Shown: piece by piece, positions 11,060 to 23,895 of the stretch
Layout of the letters: each line of letters opens with the position of its first letter
How positions within the stretch are numbered: the first letter of the stretch is position 1
Assembly (NCBI GenBank): GCA_951406725.2
Contig: OX597814.1
Coordinates: 174,902,001 to 174,966,000, forward strand
Reading direction: 5' to 3'
From: Octopus vulgaris
Taxonomy: Eukaryota
Length of the DNA: 64,000 nt
Notes under the pieces: generated by a model
Seen by the model: only the letters and a program-made list of their open reading frames with translations
What the model was told of the DNA's origin: nothing
Databases searched by the model: none
Made by a program: the position numbers and the translations under genes

Positions 11060-11372
11060 CTTTAGCTTTCAGATTAATCTGTCACATGTAATGCTTATTT
11101 GTTCACATTTTTTCAAATTAATCATGTATTAACATTCCATTTCTTGCCACAAAACAGACGCCAAAGAGATGAAAGAGTGTAGACTTGGAAATAATAAAAC
11201 CTGAACCCCAAAAAATAAAAATTGGAAATTTCATTGAAATATTAATGCTTTTAAGATTTCAGTGATAGAATGACATTGTAGGGTAGGTGTGAGAGGCAAG
11301 ATTTAGCCAGTGAGAACATGCAATAGAGAGAAATATTTGGGCCTGATATGGCTGGTTTAAATGTTAAAGGGC
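11060..11372. mobile_element. piggyBac-like MITE carrying an inserted PIGQ exon fragment (11131-11246)
   Basis: Both flanks align with the intact MITE at 47186-47412. Confidence 0.7.
11131..11246 (-). pseudogene. Partial duplicate of PIGQ exon 7 5' part plus its splice acceptor
   Basis: Near-identical to 12225-12340; the 70-nt exonic part differs by one synonymous change. Confidence 0.9.
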
Positions 11373-11613
11373 TCCTGCCAGAGCAAAGGTATATATATAA
11401 TGCATGTGTAAATGAGCTTACATGTAAAATGAAAGGGATCCTGTTCATGTGCTTATAATGTGAAGGTTTATTGCCACGGAAGGATTGAGCACAAGCCTTG
11501 ATGACTACGAAGCAAACTTTTTAACCAGCTGGCCATGGTTACACTATATTGTGAGATAGGCACACATACAAACACATGGTTGTCTTGCATGAGTGAATGA
11601 TTTCAATGAGAAA

Positions 11614-12040
11614 TCATCATCATCATTGTTTAACGTCCACTTTCCATGCTAGCATGGGTTGGACGGTTCAACTGGGTTCTGGGAAGCCCGAAGGCTGCAC
11701 CAGGCCAGTTAGATCTGGCAGTGTTTCTACAGCCGGATGCCCTTCCTAACGCCAACCACTCCGTGAGTGTAGTGGGTGCTTTTTACGTACCACCGACACA
11801 GGTTCCAGACGAGGCTGGCGAACGGCCACGCTCGGATGGTGCTTTTTACGTGCCACCGGCACGGAAGCCAGGCGAGGCTGGCAACGGCCATGATCGGATG
11901 GTGTTTGTTACGTGCCACCGACACGGAGGCCAGTCGATGCGGTGCTGGCTACGGCCACATTCGGATGGTTCTCTTACGTGCCACTGGCACTGGTATCACA
12001 ACTACAAATTCCATTGATGTTGATCGATTTTGATTTTCAA
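11614..12040 (-). mobile_element. Repeat family B copy (reverse), with 5' inversion forming hairpin 12003-12078
   Basis: Begins CATCATCATTGTTTAACGTCCACTTTCCATGCTAGCATGG; tandem subunits. Confidence 0.8.
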
Positions 12041-12101
12041 ATCAAAATTGAAATCGATCAACATCAATGGAATTTGTAAAGAAAAATAAGTGCTCACTTA
12101 C

Positions 12102-12294
12102 CAGAGTGAAAAGACTGTAGTACACCGCTGTAGTTGGCAATAAAAACAAAAGTACTGTGAAAAACAGGGTCCCAACAAATAGATGATCAATATCATTTGA
12201 TGCTGTATCTAATCTGTGACGGAGAACATTCCATTTTTTGCCACAAAACAGACGCCAAAGAGATGAAAGAGTGTAGACTTGGAAATAATAAAAC
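12102..12294 (-). CDS. PIGQ: PIGQ coding exon 7 (Gpi1 domain core)
   Basis: 193 nt; [64 protein letters not shown] carries the hallmark [15 protein letters not shown] and [15 protein letters not shown] motifs; CTG|GTaagt donor. Confidence 0.95.
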
Positions 12295-13811
12295 CTGAAC
12301 AAAAAAAAAATTAAATTGGAAATTTCATTGAAATATTAATTTGAAAATTTGAATGTTCATTCATTCATTTAATATCTTACTAGCAAGATTTTTATACTGA
12401 GATACTATTCTTGTCACTAACCCTCATCTGTTTTACATGTAAAAGTTTGTTTTTTCCCCATGAATCTTCAGAAGTGCAGAATAACCAATCATAATATCAA
12501 CAAGGCATATAAACGTTATCACCATTTTGCTCAAATGGTGACAAGCAAAGTATAAACATTTATGCACATTTGCACAAACATACACATGTATATATGTATG
12601 TAAGAAGCCTGTCACGTGCGTGTGTGTTTGTTCCCCACCACCACTTGACAAATGGTGTTGGTGTGTTTACATCTCCATAACCTAGCAGTTTGGCAAGAGA
12701 CCAATAGAATAAGTACCAGGCTAAAAAAAAGAGGACTGGGGTTGATTCATTAGATTAAAAGTTATTGGCAATGCCCCAACATGATTGTTGTCTAACGACT
12801 GAAATAAGTAAAAGATAAAAGATAGATATATATAGGCACACATACATATATGAGCCAGCTCTATTACATGACTTTTAGAGGGCCCCTTCAACTTTTTGTG
12901 TCGAGGCTCCATCTCTTCAATCAAAATTCATAATTTATGCACCTTTTATTCATAGCTATATTTTACTTAATTTTATCTGAAGTTCAATATTTCATGTTAC
13001 CCTAAAGAACATCTTTAAAAGTACAACCAGTTAAATTTATTTAGGTCTATTACAAATTTCAGTAAGTAAAACTTCCAGATACGAATAAAAAAGCATTTTT
13101 ATAATCCAGGCAACTTTCATGGCACACTTTTCACTTCACAAAATCATTAATCAGTTCAGAATAATCATACTGAGAGTTAAGTTCATGTACAACAGATATC
13201 ATAGATAATCCACAAAGTCTGGTACACATTCATAGTACAATGTAATATTTTTACAAGAACTTTTGCAGGTACAGTGTATTACCATTATATTTCTTGAAAT
13301 TTTTAGTTGACATAGATAGTTTAATTCTTGTTTGATATCTTAACAAAAGTAAATAGATGACTAATCTACATACTTTGATCTTAACATGGGGCCCCTCAAC
13401 CGCAGAGGCCCCCTGTGACCACAGGGGTTGCAGGGGTTTAGCGATGGCCCTGATATGAGCTTCCTGCTGTTTCTGTTTACTAAATTCTTTCATAAGGCAT
13501 CAATCAGCCCAGACAGAACTTTGGTAGAAGACACCTAAGGTGACCCATTCCACACCCAACCCAACCTTATTGTTTTTTCCTGCAGTAGAAAATTTACCTC
13601 AATTAACTTCATCCAACCCTGCATGCATGTTAGAATGGATGCTAATATGATGAGAACGAACCACCTTGCACTTCTCAGGAATTAAATATTTAGTTCAATA
13701 AGAAAGCCAAATTTTTTTTTTTAAACATATTCCAATTAAATGCTATTGATTATAAAGTAATTAAATTAAAAAGCTAACAGCAATTTCAATCAAAATGAGT
13801 ATTCGACTTAC

Positions 13812-13968
13812 CGTGAAGCAAAAACATAGAAACAATATATATGAAGCGCCATTAAAGATACAATATCTTGGAGAAGGCTAAGTTGCAAAGAGAAACCAAA
13901 GATCCCCGAAAACAAAGAGCACTGAAGAAACGTGGCAAGAATTGGTTCAAGAATTACTGTCAAATATG
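13812..13968 (-). CDS. PIGQ: PIGQ coding exon 6
   Basis: tttgcAG|...CG|GTaagt; 157 nt, YLTVILEPILATFLQCSLFSGIFGFSLQLSLLQDIVSLMALHIYCFYVFAS(R); HIYCFYV motif. Confidence 0.93.
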
Positions 13969-14129
13969 CTGCAAAAAGAATACACCAATAATTAGAATTA
14001 AGTAAATATGTAACAAAAGATAAAATATGGTTCAAACATGAACCAGAAACTATTTCAAATATTAGAATTTCTTCAGTAAAGTAAAAGCAAAATGGTGTGT
14101 ATAAATAAATAAATATATATATATATATA

Positions 14130-14412
14130 TCTCACCGTGACCGACCAGGCTATCAGATGTTGCTACACATCGCTGGTCACAATGAGCTTCGCATTGTTTT
14201 AGCCTTCAAATGACGCCACCCCACTGGCTAAGCGAGCAGGCCAACAGAAGAAAGATGTGGCAAAAGAGTACAGCAGGGATCGCCACACCCCCCTGCCGGA
14301 GCTTTAGGTGTTTTCGCTCAATAAACACTCACAACGCCACCCAGTCTGGGAATCGAAACCACGATCCTATGACCGCGAGTCCACTGCCCTAACCACTGGG
14401 CCATTGCGCCTC
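14130..14412 (-). mobile_element. tRNA-derived SINE family C
   Basis: Head GGAGGCGCAATGGCCCAGTGGTTAGGGCAG...GGTTTCGATTCCCAG (A and B boxes); shares its head with 36767-37150. Confidence 0.8.
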
Positions 14413-14447
<35 letters not shown>

Positions 14448-14805
14448 TTGTTATACTTGGGAATGGTCACATTTTGCCAATTAAACACATGCACTATATA
14501 CTTGGTTTTCATATCAACTTCGTTATTATTTTCATTTTAGGGTCCTTTGTCTGAAATTTTTCATCACTCATCTTCAGTGCAGTGACACTATCTCCTATAT
14601 GGGGCTGAGAGTGACTGAAGAGGTCACAAGATGTGTGAAGAAAGAGCTTTGACAAAGAAACTAAAATAATAATAATAAAGCTGAAGTGAAGACCAAATAT
14701 ATAGAGCATGTGTTTAAATGACAAAATATGACCATCCCCAAGTATAGGAATTTTTGTTTCAACACACGATCTCACATCAAGAAATTTGCAAAACAAATAC
14801 ACAAA

Positions 14806-14836
<31 letters not shown>

Positions 14837-15013
14837 TTTTATATAAATTTATAAATAAGGATAATATCGATATTATCAAGCATGGGAAAAATACCATACA
14901 AAGGTAATAATTTTTTTTACAACTAAAAATATGGGTGTCTGAGAGACACCACCATACCGAAATAGCAGTCAAATCCCTGACTCAAAAACCACGTCAAATG
15001 TTCATATCATTAG

Positions 15014-15057
<44 letters not shown>

Positions 15058-15540
15058 ATGTGTGTATGTATGTATATAAAAACATACACATAATGGGCTT
15101 CTTTCAGTTTCTGTCCACCAAATCCACTCACAAGGCTTTGGTCAGCCTGAGGCTATAGTAGAAGACACTTGCTGAAGGTACCATGCAGTAGGTCTGAATC
15201 CAGAACCATGTGGTTGGGGAGGAAGCTTCTCACCACACAGCCACTCATGTGCCTATATATATATATATTGTGTGAGTGAGTGGGTGAGTCTCCTTATCTT
15301 CACATCGTATGATGATTGTTACTATCATACAAGCAGTGTCATTCATTTTTAATAATTCTACGAGAACAGACCTGGCCATGGAGAAATATTGCTTTGAGGG
15401 TTGGTGACAGGAAGAGCATCCAGCCATAGAAAAACTGCCTTAGTAAACTCTGACCCATGCAAGCATGGAAAATTAGACGTTAAGATGATGATATTTTGCT
15501 TCCATCAAAAATGAAACTAAAAATATACTTTATTACTTAC

Positions 15541-15667
15541 TAGTCCATACATAAATGTTGTACTTGAAAAACGATCCCAAGAACCCATTAAGCTGTGAGT
15601 TAAGCTTGAGACCAGCAGGTGAGCCCATCAACCATTGCAAGATGCTTGACAAACTTATTACAGTGGT
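15541..15667 (-). CDS. PIGQ: PIGQ coding exon 5
   Basis: 127 nt, TTVISLSSILQWLMGSPAGLKLNSQLNGFLGSFFKYNIYVWT; WLMGxPAGLKxN is a Gpi1 hallmark; A|GTaagt donor. Confidence 0.95.
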
Positions 15668-15729
15668 CTACAAATAAGAAATTCATAGAAGACATTTTAA
15701 TTCAAATAGACAGAAAATTAAATATGTAA

Positions 15730-15985
15730 TTTCGTTTTTGGATTTGGTTTGCAAGGTTCTTTATATGAGTTTGTGTGTTGAAGCATATTCTGTTGTGTCT
15801 GGGGCGAGTCATTTTCTTTTTGTGCCTTATAATGTAGAGTCAAGACTATTGAAAAGGTTGCAAGACTCAATGAAAATTTTTAGAAAATAAAAATAAGAAA
15901 TAAGTGGAAATTTTACCGGTGAGTGTGTTACATTATAAGGTACAAAAAAAAAATGACTCTCCCCAGACACAACTAAATATGTAAT
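15730..15985. mobile_element. Inverted pair of retroelement termini (probably Penelope-like)
   Basis: 15784-15836 is an inverted repeat of 15929-15981 (~50 bp); family assignment is an inference. Confidence 0.45.
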
Positions 15986-17199
15986 AATAAATAAAATTTT
16001 TTTAAATATGCATGGCTTTGTGGTTTAGTAGCTTGCTTTGCTACCACATAATTCCAGTTCAATCATAATGAGCAACAACTTGGCTAAGTGTCTTTACCAT
16101 AGTCTTAGACTTACCTTGTGAGTAATGTTCCCCCTTCTAAGCTGTGAACTTGTGCATGTGCACATGTTTAACAACTAGGAAGGGAAAAGAATGTGTATTT
16201 ACATTACTTACAAGCTTTTAAAGATGAAACCAAATTTGTTTAATGGAAGGAATTTGAGTGATGCTTATTTGCATGAATGCGCATGCACTTTGTAAAGAAA
16301 GAAAATTTGCATACAATGTAGATTTCTGCATTCCTTCATAGCAACAAATGAGAAGGAACATTTGAACTTAGAATTCTGATATAGTAATGCAGCTTGTTCC
16401 TTATTTGAGCCAATTAGTGAGTCTTAAGGTGGTTATTTAATTTACAAGAAATATCAGCAATATTTCTCTTAAACAACACTACCATCTTAAAGGGTGACAT
16501 ACTAGATAATAATGTCATAGATTTTCTAGGTGTGTATAAATTAATGTTTAGTTTAAGTAATACACATTTTATGATCAATTCATCATCATAATTTGGTCTG
16601 GATGGTTTGACAGGAGCTGGCAAGCCACAAGATTGCACCAAGCTCCAATGTTTGCTTTGGCAAAATTTCAATATTTAGAAAGATCATTGTGGTGAGCACT
16701 GTCATACAAGAGTTAAGTTTCAGGTGAGCCAAATCCACAATGAGATTTTTATACTTATTGAAATGATTTCATTTTGCTTAGAAAGTTATAGGAAACTCGT
16801 AAACATTTCATGTTTCCTGTCTCCTCCCCTAAAAATATAGGGCTTTAAATCTAGTCAAATCAATAATTAGGATTATTGTTGTTTAGCCCAAACTGTTTTC
16901 CAGTAGTTTATTACAAGTTTAAATAACATTTAATAATACTTTCAAATTTTTAGCACAATGCCAGCAATTTTAGGGAATTGGATGAGTCAATTACATCAAC
17001 TCCAGTCTTCAACAGTAACTTATTTCACTGATCCCAAAAAGATGAAAGGCAAAGTCAACCTCAGCAAAATTTGAACTCAGAACTTAAAGTGCCAGAAGAA
17101 ATACAACTAAGCATTCCATCTGATATGCTAAAATTCTGCCAGCTCACTGCCTTAAAAAACATATTTTTTTTTAATAACAATAATAATAATAATAATAAT

Positions 17200-17323
17200 A
17201 AACACTTTCCATACAGAAACCATCAGAGCACCACAACAAATCACAGCACATACCCAAGGCACACAGAGCTGCGCTCGGTAGTGAAGTGAAAGCACGCTAT
17301 AAAAATAAAACTACTGAATGATG

Positions 17324-17358
<35 letters not shown>

Positions 17359-17411
17359 TAATAATAATAATAAATAATAATAATAATAAATAATAATAAT
17401 AATAATAATAA
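17200..17411 (+). mobile_element. Retroposon 3' tail embedded in (AAT)n microsatellite (possibly R4/Dong-like)
   Basis: Unique ~110-bp segment flanked on both sides by (AAT)n, consistent with TAA-repeat-targeting non-LTR elements. Confidence 0.45.
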
Positions 17412-17509
17412 TTAGGACTGAAAGCAACAATAGTCATAGAAATAAATTACAAGATAGAATTTTCATTTTCTTACATAGATAAGTTTTTAAGAGAAAAGTT
17501 CTAAGATAC

Positions 17510-17630
17510 CTTTGTCCAGTATAGGATAAGAGAGGCAATATCTTGCGGTGATGTCAGCGAAGACAGTAAAAATAAGCATAAAATTCCTAATAACGAATCC
17601 ATAATCTGACGATATCCAAGATCCAAGTAA
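17510..17630 (-). CDS. PIGQ: PIGQ coding exon 4
   Basis: tttcAG|...AAG|GTatct; 121 nt, YLDLGYRQIMDSLLGILCLFLLSSLTSPQDIASLILYWTK; DxxLG motif before a TM helix. Confidence 0.85.
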
Positions 17631-18575
17631 CTGAAAATTAGAGAAAAAAAGTTAACTATTTCTGTTACTACATCCATACAAATTTATGGCCTTGTACTAA
17701 AACTAGAAATAACTACTATATAATTCATATTTATAAAAATAATCAACAGTTAATAAATTTTTTTTTTTTTTTTGTCACTTGAGAAAGTTTATCAATTTGT
17801 AAAGAGCGTTGTCAATTGAATTTACAAACCATCATGGTATACAATACTGGTACTTTAATTTATCAACACAGAACAGATAAAATGTGAAAATATTTGAAAT
17901 AAAGGATAAAGCTTAAGACAAGACTTACCATATTTGACAGCTTATAAGATGCACTTTCACCCACCCCACAAAAGATGTTTCAAAAAAATGACTCCAGGTA
18001 TTTTTATGCTACATAGGGCTTATATTGCATGTTTTAATGTTTTAAAAACATTTTTCCCGACTATGCACTGTTGAAATTGGTTGCATCTAACATGCCTGTG
18101 CATTTTTTATGCTATTAAATACAATAATCTTTTCTTTATTTTACCAACAAAATTATTATTTCATAGATTATACTGGTAAAACAGAAAATTCAACTACTTT
18201 CACCAGGCAGATATAAACATAGCTGAATACATGTACTGTTACAATGTAATACAAAAGTAATGTAAAGCATTGGTATTCAGCACTGCTCAGTCATTGTTCC
18301 TCATTTCTGAATGACTAGATACATAAAAGAAGTATAAAGTGTTACAATTGTATAAAGTCGGAGACTTAATGCTGGAGGTCAACTCTTATAATTGTTGTTG
18401 GTGGTGATATCAGTATTCACTAGAAATTACAAAACATTGTAAGGGTTTGATAAACCTCTAAATGCCCTAGATACAGAATTCAACAAGAGGATTTTTTTTT
18501 TTAATATTCAATCATTATAGCATTCAATTTTACAAAATTCATATCATTGAAGTAAAAAGACAAATATCAACAAAC

Positions 18576-18701
18576 CAGAGTTTTTTCAGAGGTGACTTTT
18601 CATCTTTCTTTGTCTGCAATTCAATCTGAGAATGTTTCATTTTCATAACTCGTGCAAATGCAGAAGTAAACAAAACTTTATCAATATATTTATTGGTATT
18701 C
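18576..18701 (-). CDS. PIGQ: PIGQ coding exon 3 (donor position less certain)
   Basis: tttatAG| acceptor; NTNKYIDKVLFTSAFARVMKMKHSQIELQTKKDEKSPLKKL; donor TG|GTttgt keeps phase 2 into exon 4. Confidence 0.7.
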
Positions 18702-19219
18702 CTATAAACATAAAAAAAAAGGGCAAAATAGAAGTTACAGGACTATATTTTTTGTAGATCAGTTATTTAAATAGAGTAGTATGGTTTATTCTTAACTGTT
18801 AAATCTATCTTTTTGTGCTTCCTTCTAAACTATATTTTGATTAATATATTCAGTGAATGTTCTTCAGATGCCTTATTACATGTATGCATGCATGATTTGA
18901 CCTTTGCCTGTCCTATGTATCATATGTGATACACAGGACATATTTCACTGGCATCTATGCATCATGTACGATACACATTCCCAATTTTTTTCAACCACAA
19001 AAGTAACTTGGGTCTTATGGAAGGAAAGTTTTATATTACTCAGAACATATGAAACAAAGGCTATAGAAAAGCCTGTAAACAAGCATGGATGTTTAAGACA
19101 AACCTATGGAAATACTTTGTACAGGAAAATGGTTAAAACAGGCTTTGAAATCAGAACTTGCATTTAAAAGTTCTGGATTCAAACTTTGTCTTGGGTACTG
19201 ATCCTATACAAGCAGAACT

Positions 19220-19530
19220 TCATCATCATCATCATTTAATATCTGTTTTCCATGTTGGCATGGATTGGACGATTTGACTGAGGACTGGTAAGCCAGTAGG
19301 CTGCACCAGGCTCCAATCTGATCTGACAAGGTTTCTATAGCTGGATGTCCTTCCTAACGTCAACCACTTTGAGAGTGTAGTGGGTGCTTTTTACGTGCCA
19401 CTGGCAAAGGAACCAGTCAGGAGGCACTGGCATCAGCCATGTTCAGATGGTGCTTTTTATGTGCCACCAGCACAGGAGCCAGTCGGGGGCACTGGCATCG
19501 ACCACGTTTGGAAGGTGCTTTTTACATGCC
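19220..19530 (-). mobile_element. Repeat family B copy
   Basis: Reverse-complement family-B tail and subunits. Confidence 0.75.
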
Positions 19531-21224
19531 AAGTTAAATGTTATTCTTTTACTTGTTTCAGTCACTGGACTGGGACATTGTTTTCAAGGGTTTCGTTGAA
19601 CAATTCAATCCCAGTACTATTTTTTTTAAAGTCTGATACTTTATTTCATCCATCTCTTTTTTGCCAAACCAGTAAGTTACAGGGATGTAAACAAAAAATA
19701 CTGGTTGTTAAGCAATAGAGTGGGAGAACACAAACACAGACACTCACACACACATCATCATCATCATTTCATATCTATTTTCCATGCAGGCAATGGGTTG
19801 CCATGGTCAGAGTTAGAATGTATAAGGAGGTACATCACATCTAAAGGGGCCAAAGCAGTTGGGGAAAGGTCATCTTCCTTGCATTTCATTTTTAGCTTGC
19901 TTTTTATAGCTGGGTACCCTTCCTAATAACAATACAGGATATATTGGATGTGTTTTTTGTGACACCAGCACTAGACATAGGAATAGGGGAGGGAAAGACC
20001 CATGTCCATGACACAACTAAATGAACCTCACAACCCCCACATCTCTGCTCATTCAGTAGCCTCTTCACAGAGTGAGAGATAGCAATAGGAGCATGAATGA
20101 CATGAGAGGGATATGTGATGGAACAATGAGTGACAGGGGTAAACAGTATTGAGAAAGGTATGTATATTCAAGACAATGTGGGCAAGATGGCAGGACAATG
20201 ACAGAAAGCTGCATTACTCAGTAGGTTGAGCAATGATTTAAGATGTGTGTATGTGTGGGGGGGGTGAGCAACATATAGTGACAGAGTGAATAGGATAATG
20301 ACAGGACAGGAGGAGGGAATATAATGAAGGTAGAGTGTACTGGGTACAATAGACCCAATGTAACCACCCATAGGTTGAGTGATGTGGTGGCAGAGTGAAT
20401 GGAAAGTAGGTGGGTTCCAAACCAGTGAACAACACAAAGCAGTGTTGGTGAGAGGGTCAGAACAGATGCGGTAGCATCCTTATTTACACTGGAGGCTATA
20501 TACTGCAAACAGAAGAGATCTACTGCCATTGTCAGTTATGCCAAAAGCTTAGTAAAGTGAGACTGAGAAGAAGAGGGAGTGGATAGGCTTCCACACAGTT
20601 TACGTCTACCAAATTCACTCAAGGCATTGGTCAGACAAGGGTTATAGTAAAAGACATTTGCTCAAGGTATTGTGCAATAGAACTGAACCTGAAACCACTT
20701 GGTTGTGAAGTGAACATCTTAACCACACAGCCGTGCCTGTACCTATGATATTAACATAAAAACAAATCAGGTTGTTTTTGTTCTTTTTAGAGAAGTCTGA
20801 TGGAGCCAGGCTCTTCTAAAAGGACAGTTAGTTCATTAGTTCATTTAGAAATTAAATTAGATTTTATTTTATTAAGATAGAAAAATGTTATCCTTTTTTA
20901 AAATATTACAAAAGAAAGATGAAATTAAAGTAAAAAAAACATTAAAAAAACATTAAAAAAAAATAAAACATTTTATGAAATGTTTTTTTAATGCAAAACT
21001 ATCTGTTTTTGTTACTGCTTAATATGATTATCATTATTAATATTATTATTATGGTTATTATTTTGAATACAATCATCCTCATTGCAATCATCATTACTAA
21101 TATTATTAGTACACCTCCACACCCACAGTTTACACAGGTAGAGTAGAATAGTTAGTGGGCTGTTATGTAGATAGATGTATGTATGTGTGTGTGGGGGTAT
21201 GTGTGTATAAGTATGCTCTTCTCA

Positions 21225-21452
21225 ATACATGTGACAAACCAGTTCAAACAATCTTTTGCACTTCTGGCATGGATAGCAAGCCAGGGATCATTCTCAAATA
21301 ATCTTTTATTCCTTTTTTGATCATTTCAAGCACTCCTACAATTGTAACCATCTTGAGATGCCACATTTTTTTTTCAATTTCAATGAACAAATCTATATAT
21401 CTTCTGAGTTTTTCAAATCCTTTTGTAGAGATATTATGATCACAAGGAATAC
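21225..21452 (-). mobile_element. R4/Dong-like non-LTR retrotransposon, C-terminal restriction-like endonuclease remnant
   Basis: MSIPCDHNISTKGFEKLRRYIDLFIEIEKKMWHLK...IVGVLEMI matches the RLE-domain pattern (IPxDxN...EKxxKYxDL...MW...IVGALG). Confidence 0.7.
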
Positions 21453-21959
21453 TCATGTTGAGCAGTGGACCTCACAGAGGCAAAGTGGCTGAGTTCCTTT
21501 GAAGTGTTGGGCTTCACAGAGGCAATGACCAAACCCTTTGGCATTATGTCGTGCTTGAGAAGACCCATCAAGCCAAGCAAAATCACAGTTGTGGCAGATA
21601 TTGGTGTCACACAAATCGGTACCTGTGCCAGTGACACATAAACGCACCCTGGTGGCATGCAAATGGCACCTGTGCTGGTAGCATGTAAAAGCACCCATTA
21701 TACTTTCAGAATGGTTGGTGTGAGGAAGGGCATCCAGCCATAGAAAATCATGCCAAATCAGACTGGAGTCTGGTGCAGCCTTCCAGCATGCCAGCAAAGA
21801 CAACAGACATTAAATGATGATGATGAGGTGGAGGATATACAAGGAAAGGTTTTATACTGAATTATATATGGAAAGGTCTTATTTCATTTTTACCTGTATT
21901 ATATCAATCTAACTCAATTAATACATTTGAATCAAAAACAAAAAAGAAAGTTAACTTAC

Positions 21960-22470
21960 TTAAATACAAACAAGGAACTAATGAATTTGATAGGTGATAT
22001 GAATAATGTAAGAATAATGTCCAGGCAAGAACTTTTTAAACAAGGAGACTTGTGGAAATAACTTGTCATTCTATGATTTTCTTCCAAATGAGCAATATCA
22101 TCAGCATTTTGGCAGACGTCTTGTACAATCTTCACAACTGCAGAAGGAATAGTATCTGATTGACAATATTCACTATCATTTTTATGTGCAGTGATGCTCT
22201 CTTGAATAAAATATGACTTTTGAAGATCGTTTGGATCAAAAAGGACACATGTGCAACAAAAGAACCCATTTCTGGAAGAATTTGTGTAGACTCGGGCACT
22301 TAGTGATCTGCGGTTTAACATCTTCAATTCTAACCATCCTGTTTGAAAAAGGTGGTAAAATTTCTCTTGGTCAACTTTTGAATTTTTATGAGAATTCCAG
22401 ACACCAACAACCTTTAATGTTGGTAAACTTTCTTGATTGTCAGCAACATTACAGCAAAAACTCCAATTAT
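21960..22470 (-). CDS. PIGQ: PIGQ coding exon 2 (large N-terminal exon)
   Basis: 511-nt open exon within ORF 21956-22507; ctctAG| acceptor and AA|GTaagt donor; phases 1/2 fit neighbours; includes VLFDP. Confidence 0.82.
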
Positions 22471-23626
22471 CTAGAGAAAACAAAAAAAAAAAAAAAATTA
22501 GCAACAAGCTAAAAAGTACGAGATGTAAATGAACTCTTTACTTATATAAGAATAAAATTTACATAATCTAATCAAAAACTAGTGACGAAATGTTGGATGG
22601 TACAAGATTGTACTAATAGTACAATACCTGCTAAATAGTTAAGGAAACAGTAATGTCAGTGTGGTATAACCAAGATGCTTAACTTTCAACAACACAGTCC
22701 ACCTAGCTCTAAGTAGGTACCAAGGTGTAGATTGAATTACAGTATTTTGTTAGCTTGCATTACTGAGTTCAAGTACTCCTGTGGGTATATTATATAGAGG
22801 AATGGGCTCAGTAAATTTGGTTTTCTTTAGACACATACACTATTGCATTCAAAGACTTTGGTAGTGTTCCTATTTAAAAATTGAGTTGTATTTGTAAGTT
22901 GACCACACATAAGGTGGCAATATCTATCACAGACAGCTCAGGAAAGGGTCTCAATTTACATGCTCTAAAACTGGTAGGCAGGTATAGGTAAGTTGGTTGG
23001 GAGAAGTAGGTAGATAGGTGAATGCATTGGTAGGTCGGGAGACAAATAGATAAATATTGTAAGCCTTTTACGTATGAGAATAAAAATGTACTTTGTTAAA
23101 TCATTTACTGAACCAATTGACAAAAATTAAATTAGTTAAAATTACAATGTATGAAAATATAAAAAAGGTAAAACACACACACATACACACAGCTAATCAC
23201 TGAAGTTGTACAAGAGCTGTAAGTTAATACTTTAATTAAGACTGAATAAGCAAATTTTAACTTAAAGCCGTACTTTCTAAAAATTAAAAGATTTGTAGAA
23301 AGCAAACATTTTAAAGACACATATAAACAAACTGGAAAATATTTATGAAAGCTTACATTTGAAATAAAATTTTTTTTTTTTTTAAATAACAGGACCAATC
23401 AGTATCCCAAATGGTTATTTTAGGTCACTGGGACTTGTTTGAAAACAGAGATAATTGCAAGAAAACTGAGATATTTGAACACCCTGATCACTGTCACTAA
23501 TTTCTAACTGAACTAAAATGAACATATCACCTATAATTCACAAGTAATTGGGTATTGCTTCTTACTGCTATCTCTACTCCCTAGGGCGAAAATGCCCATT
23601 CATAATGTCCACCTCCGGCCATAGTA

Positions 23627-23895
23627 TCATCATCATCATCATCATCGTTTATCGTCCGTTTTCCATGCTAGCATGGGTTGGACGGTTCTACTGGGGTCTG
23701 TGAAGCCAGAAGGCTTCATCAGGCCCAGTCAAATCTGGCAGTGTTTCTACGGCTGGATGCCCTTCCTAACGCCAACCACTCCGTGAGTGTAGTGGGTGCT
23801 TTTTACGTGCCACCCGCACAGGTGCCAGACAGAGCTGGCAAACTGCCACGAACGGATGGTGCTTTTTATGTGCCACCGGCACGAGGGCCAGGCGA
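23627..23895 (-). mobile_element. Repeat family B copy
   Basis: (CAT)n then GTCCGTTTTCCATGCTAGCATGGGTTGGACGG. Confidence 0.8.

Noticed and set aside
17502-17509. Possible U12-type donor (GTATCT) in PIGQ
   Set aside because: Does not match the GTATCCTT consensus; all introns are compatible with ordinary U2 GT-AG
21956-22507. 183-aa ORF as a stand-alone gene
   Set aside because: It is PIGQ coding exon 2, with splice sites in phase with its neighbours
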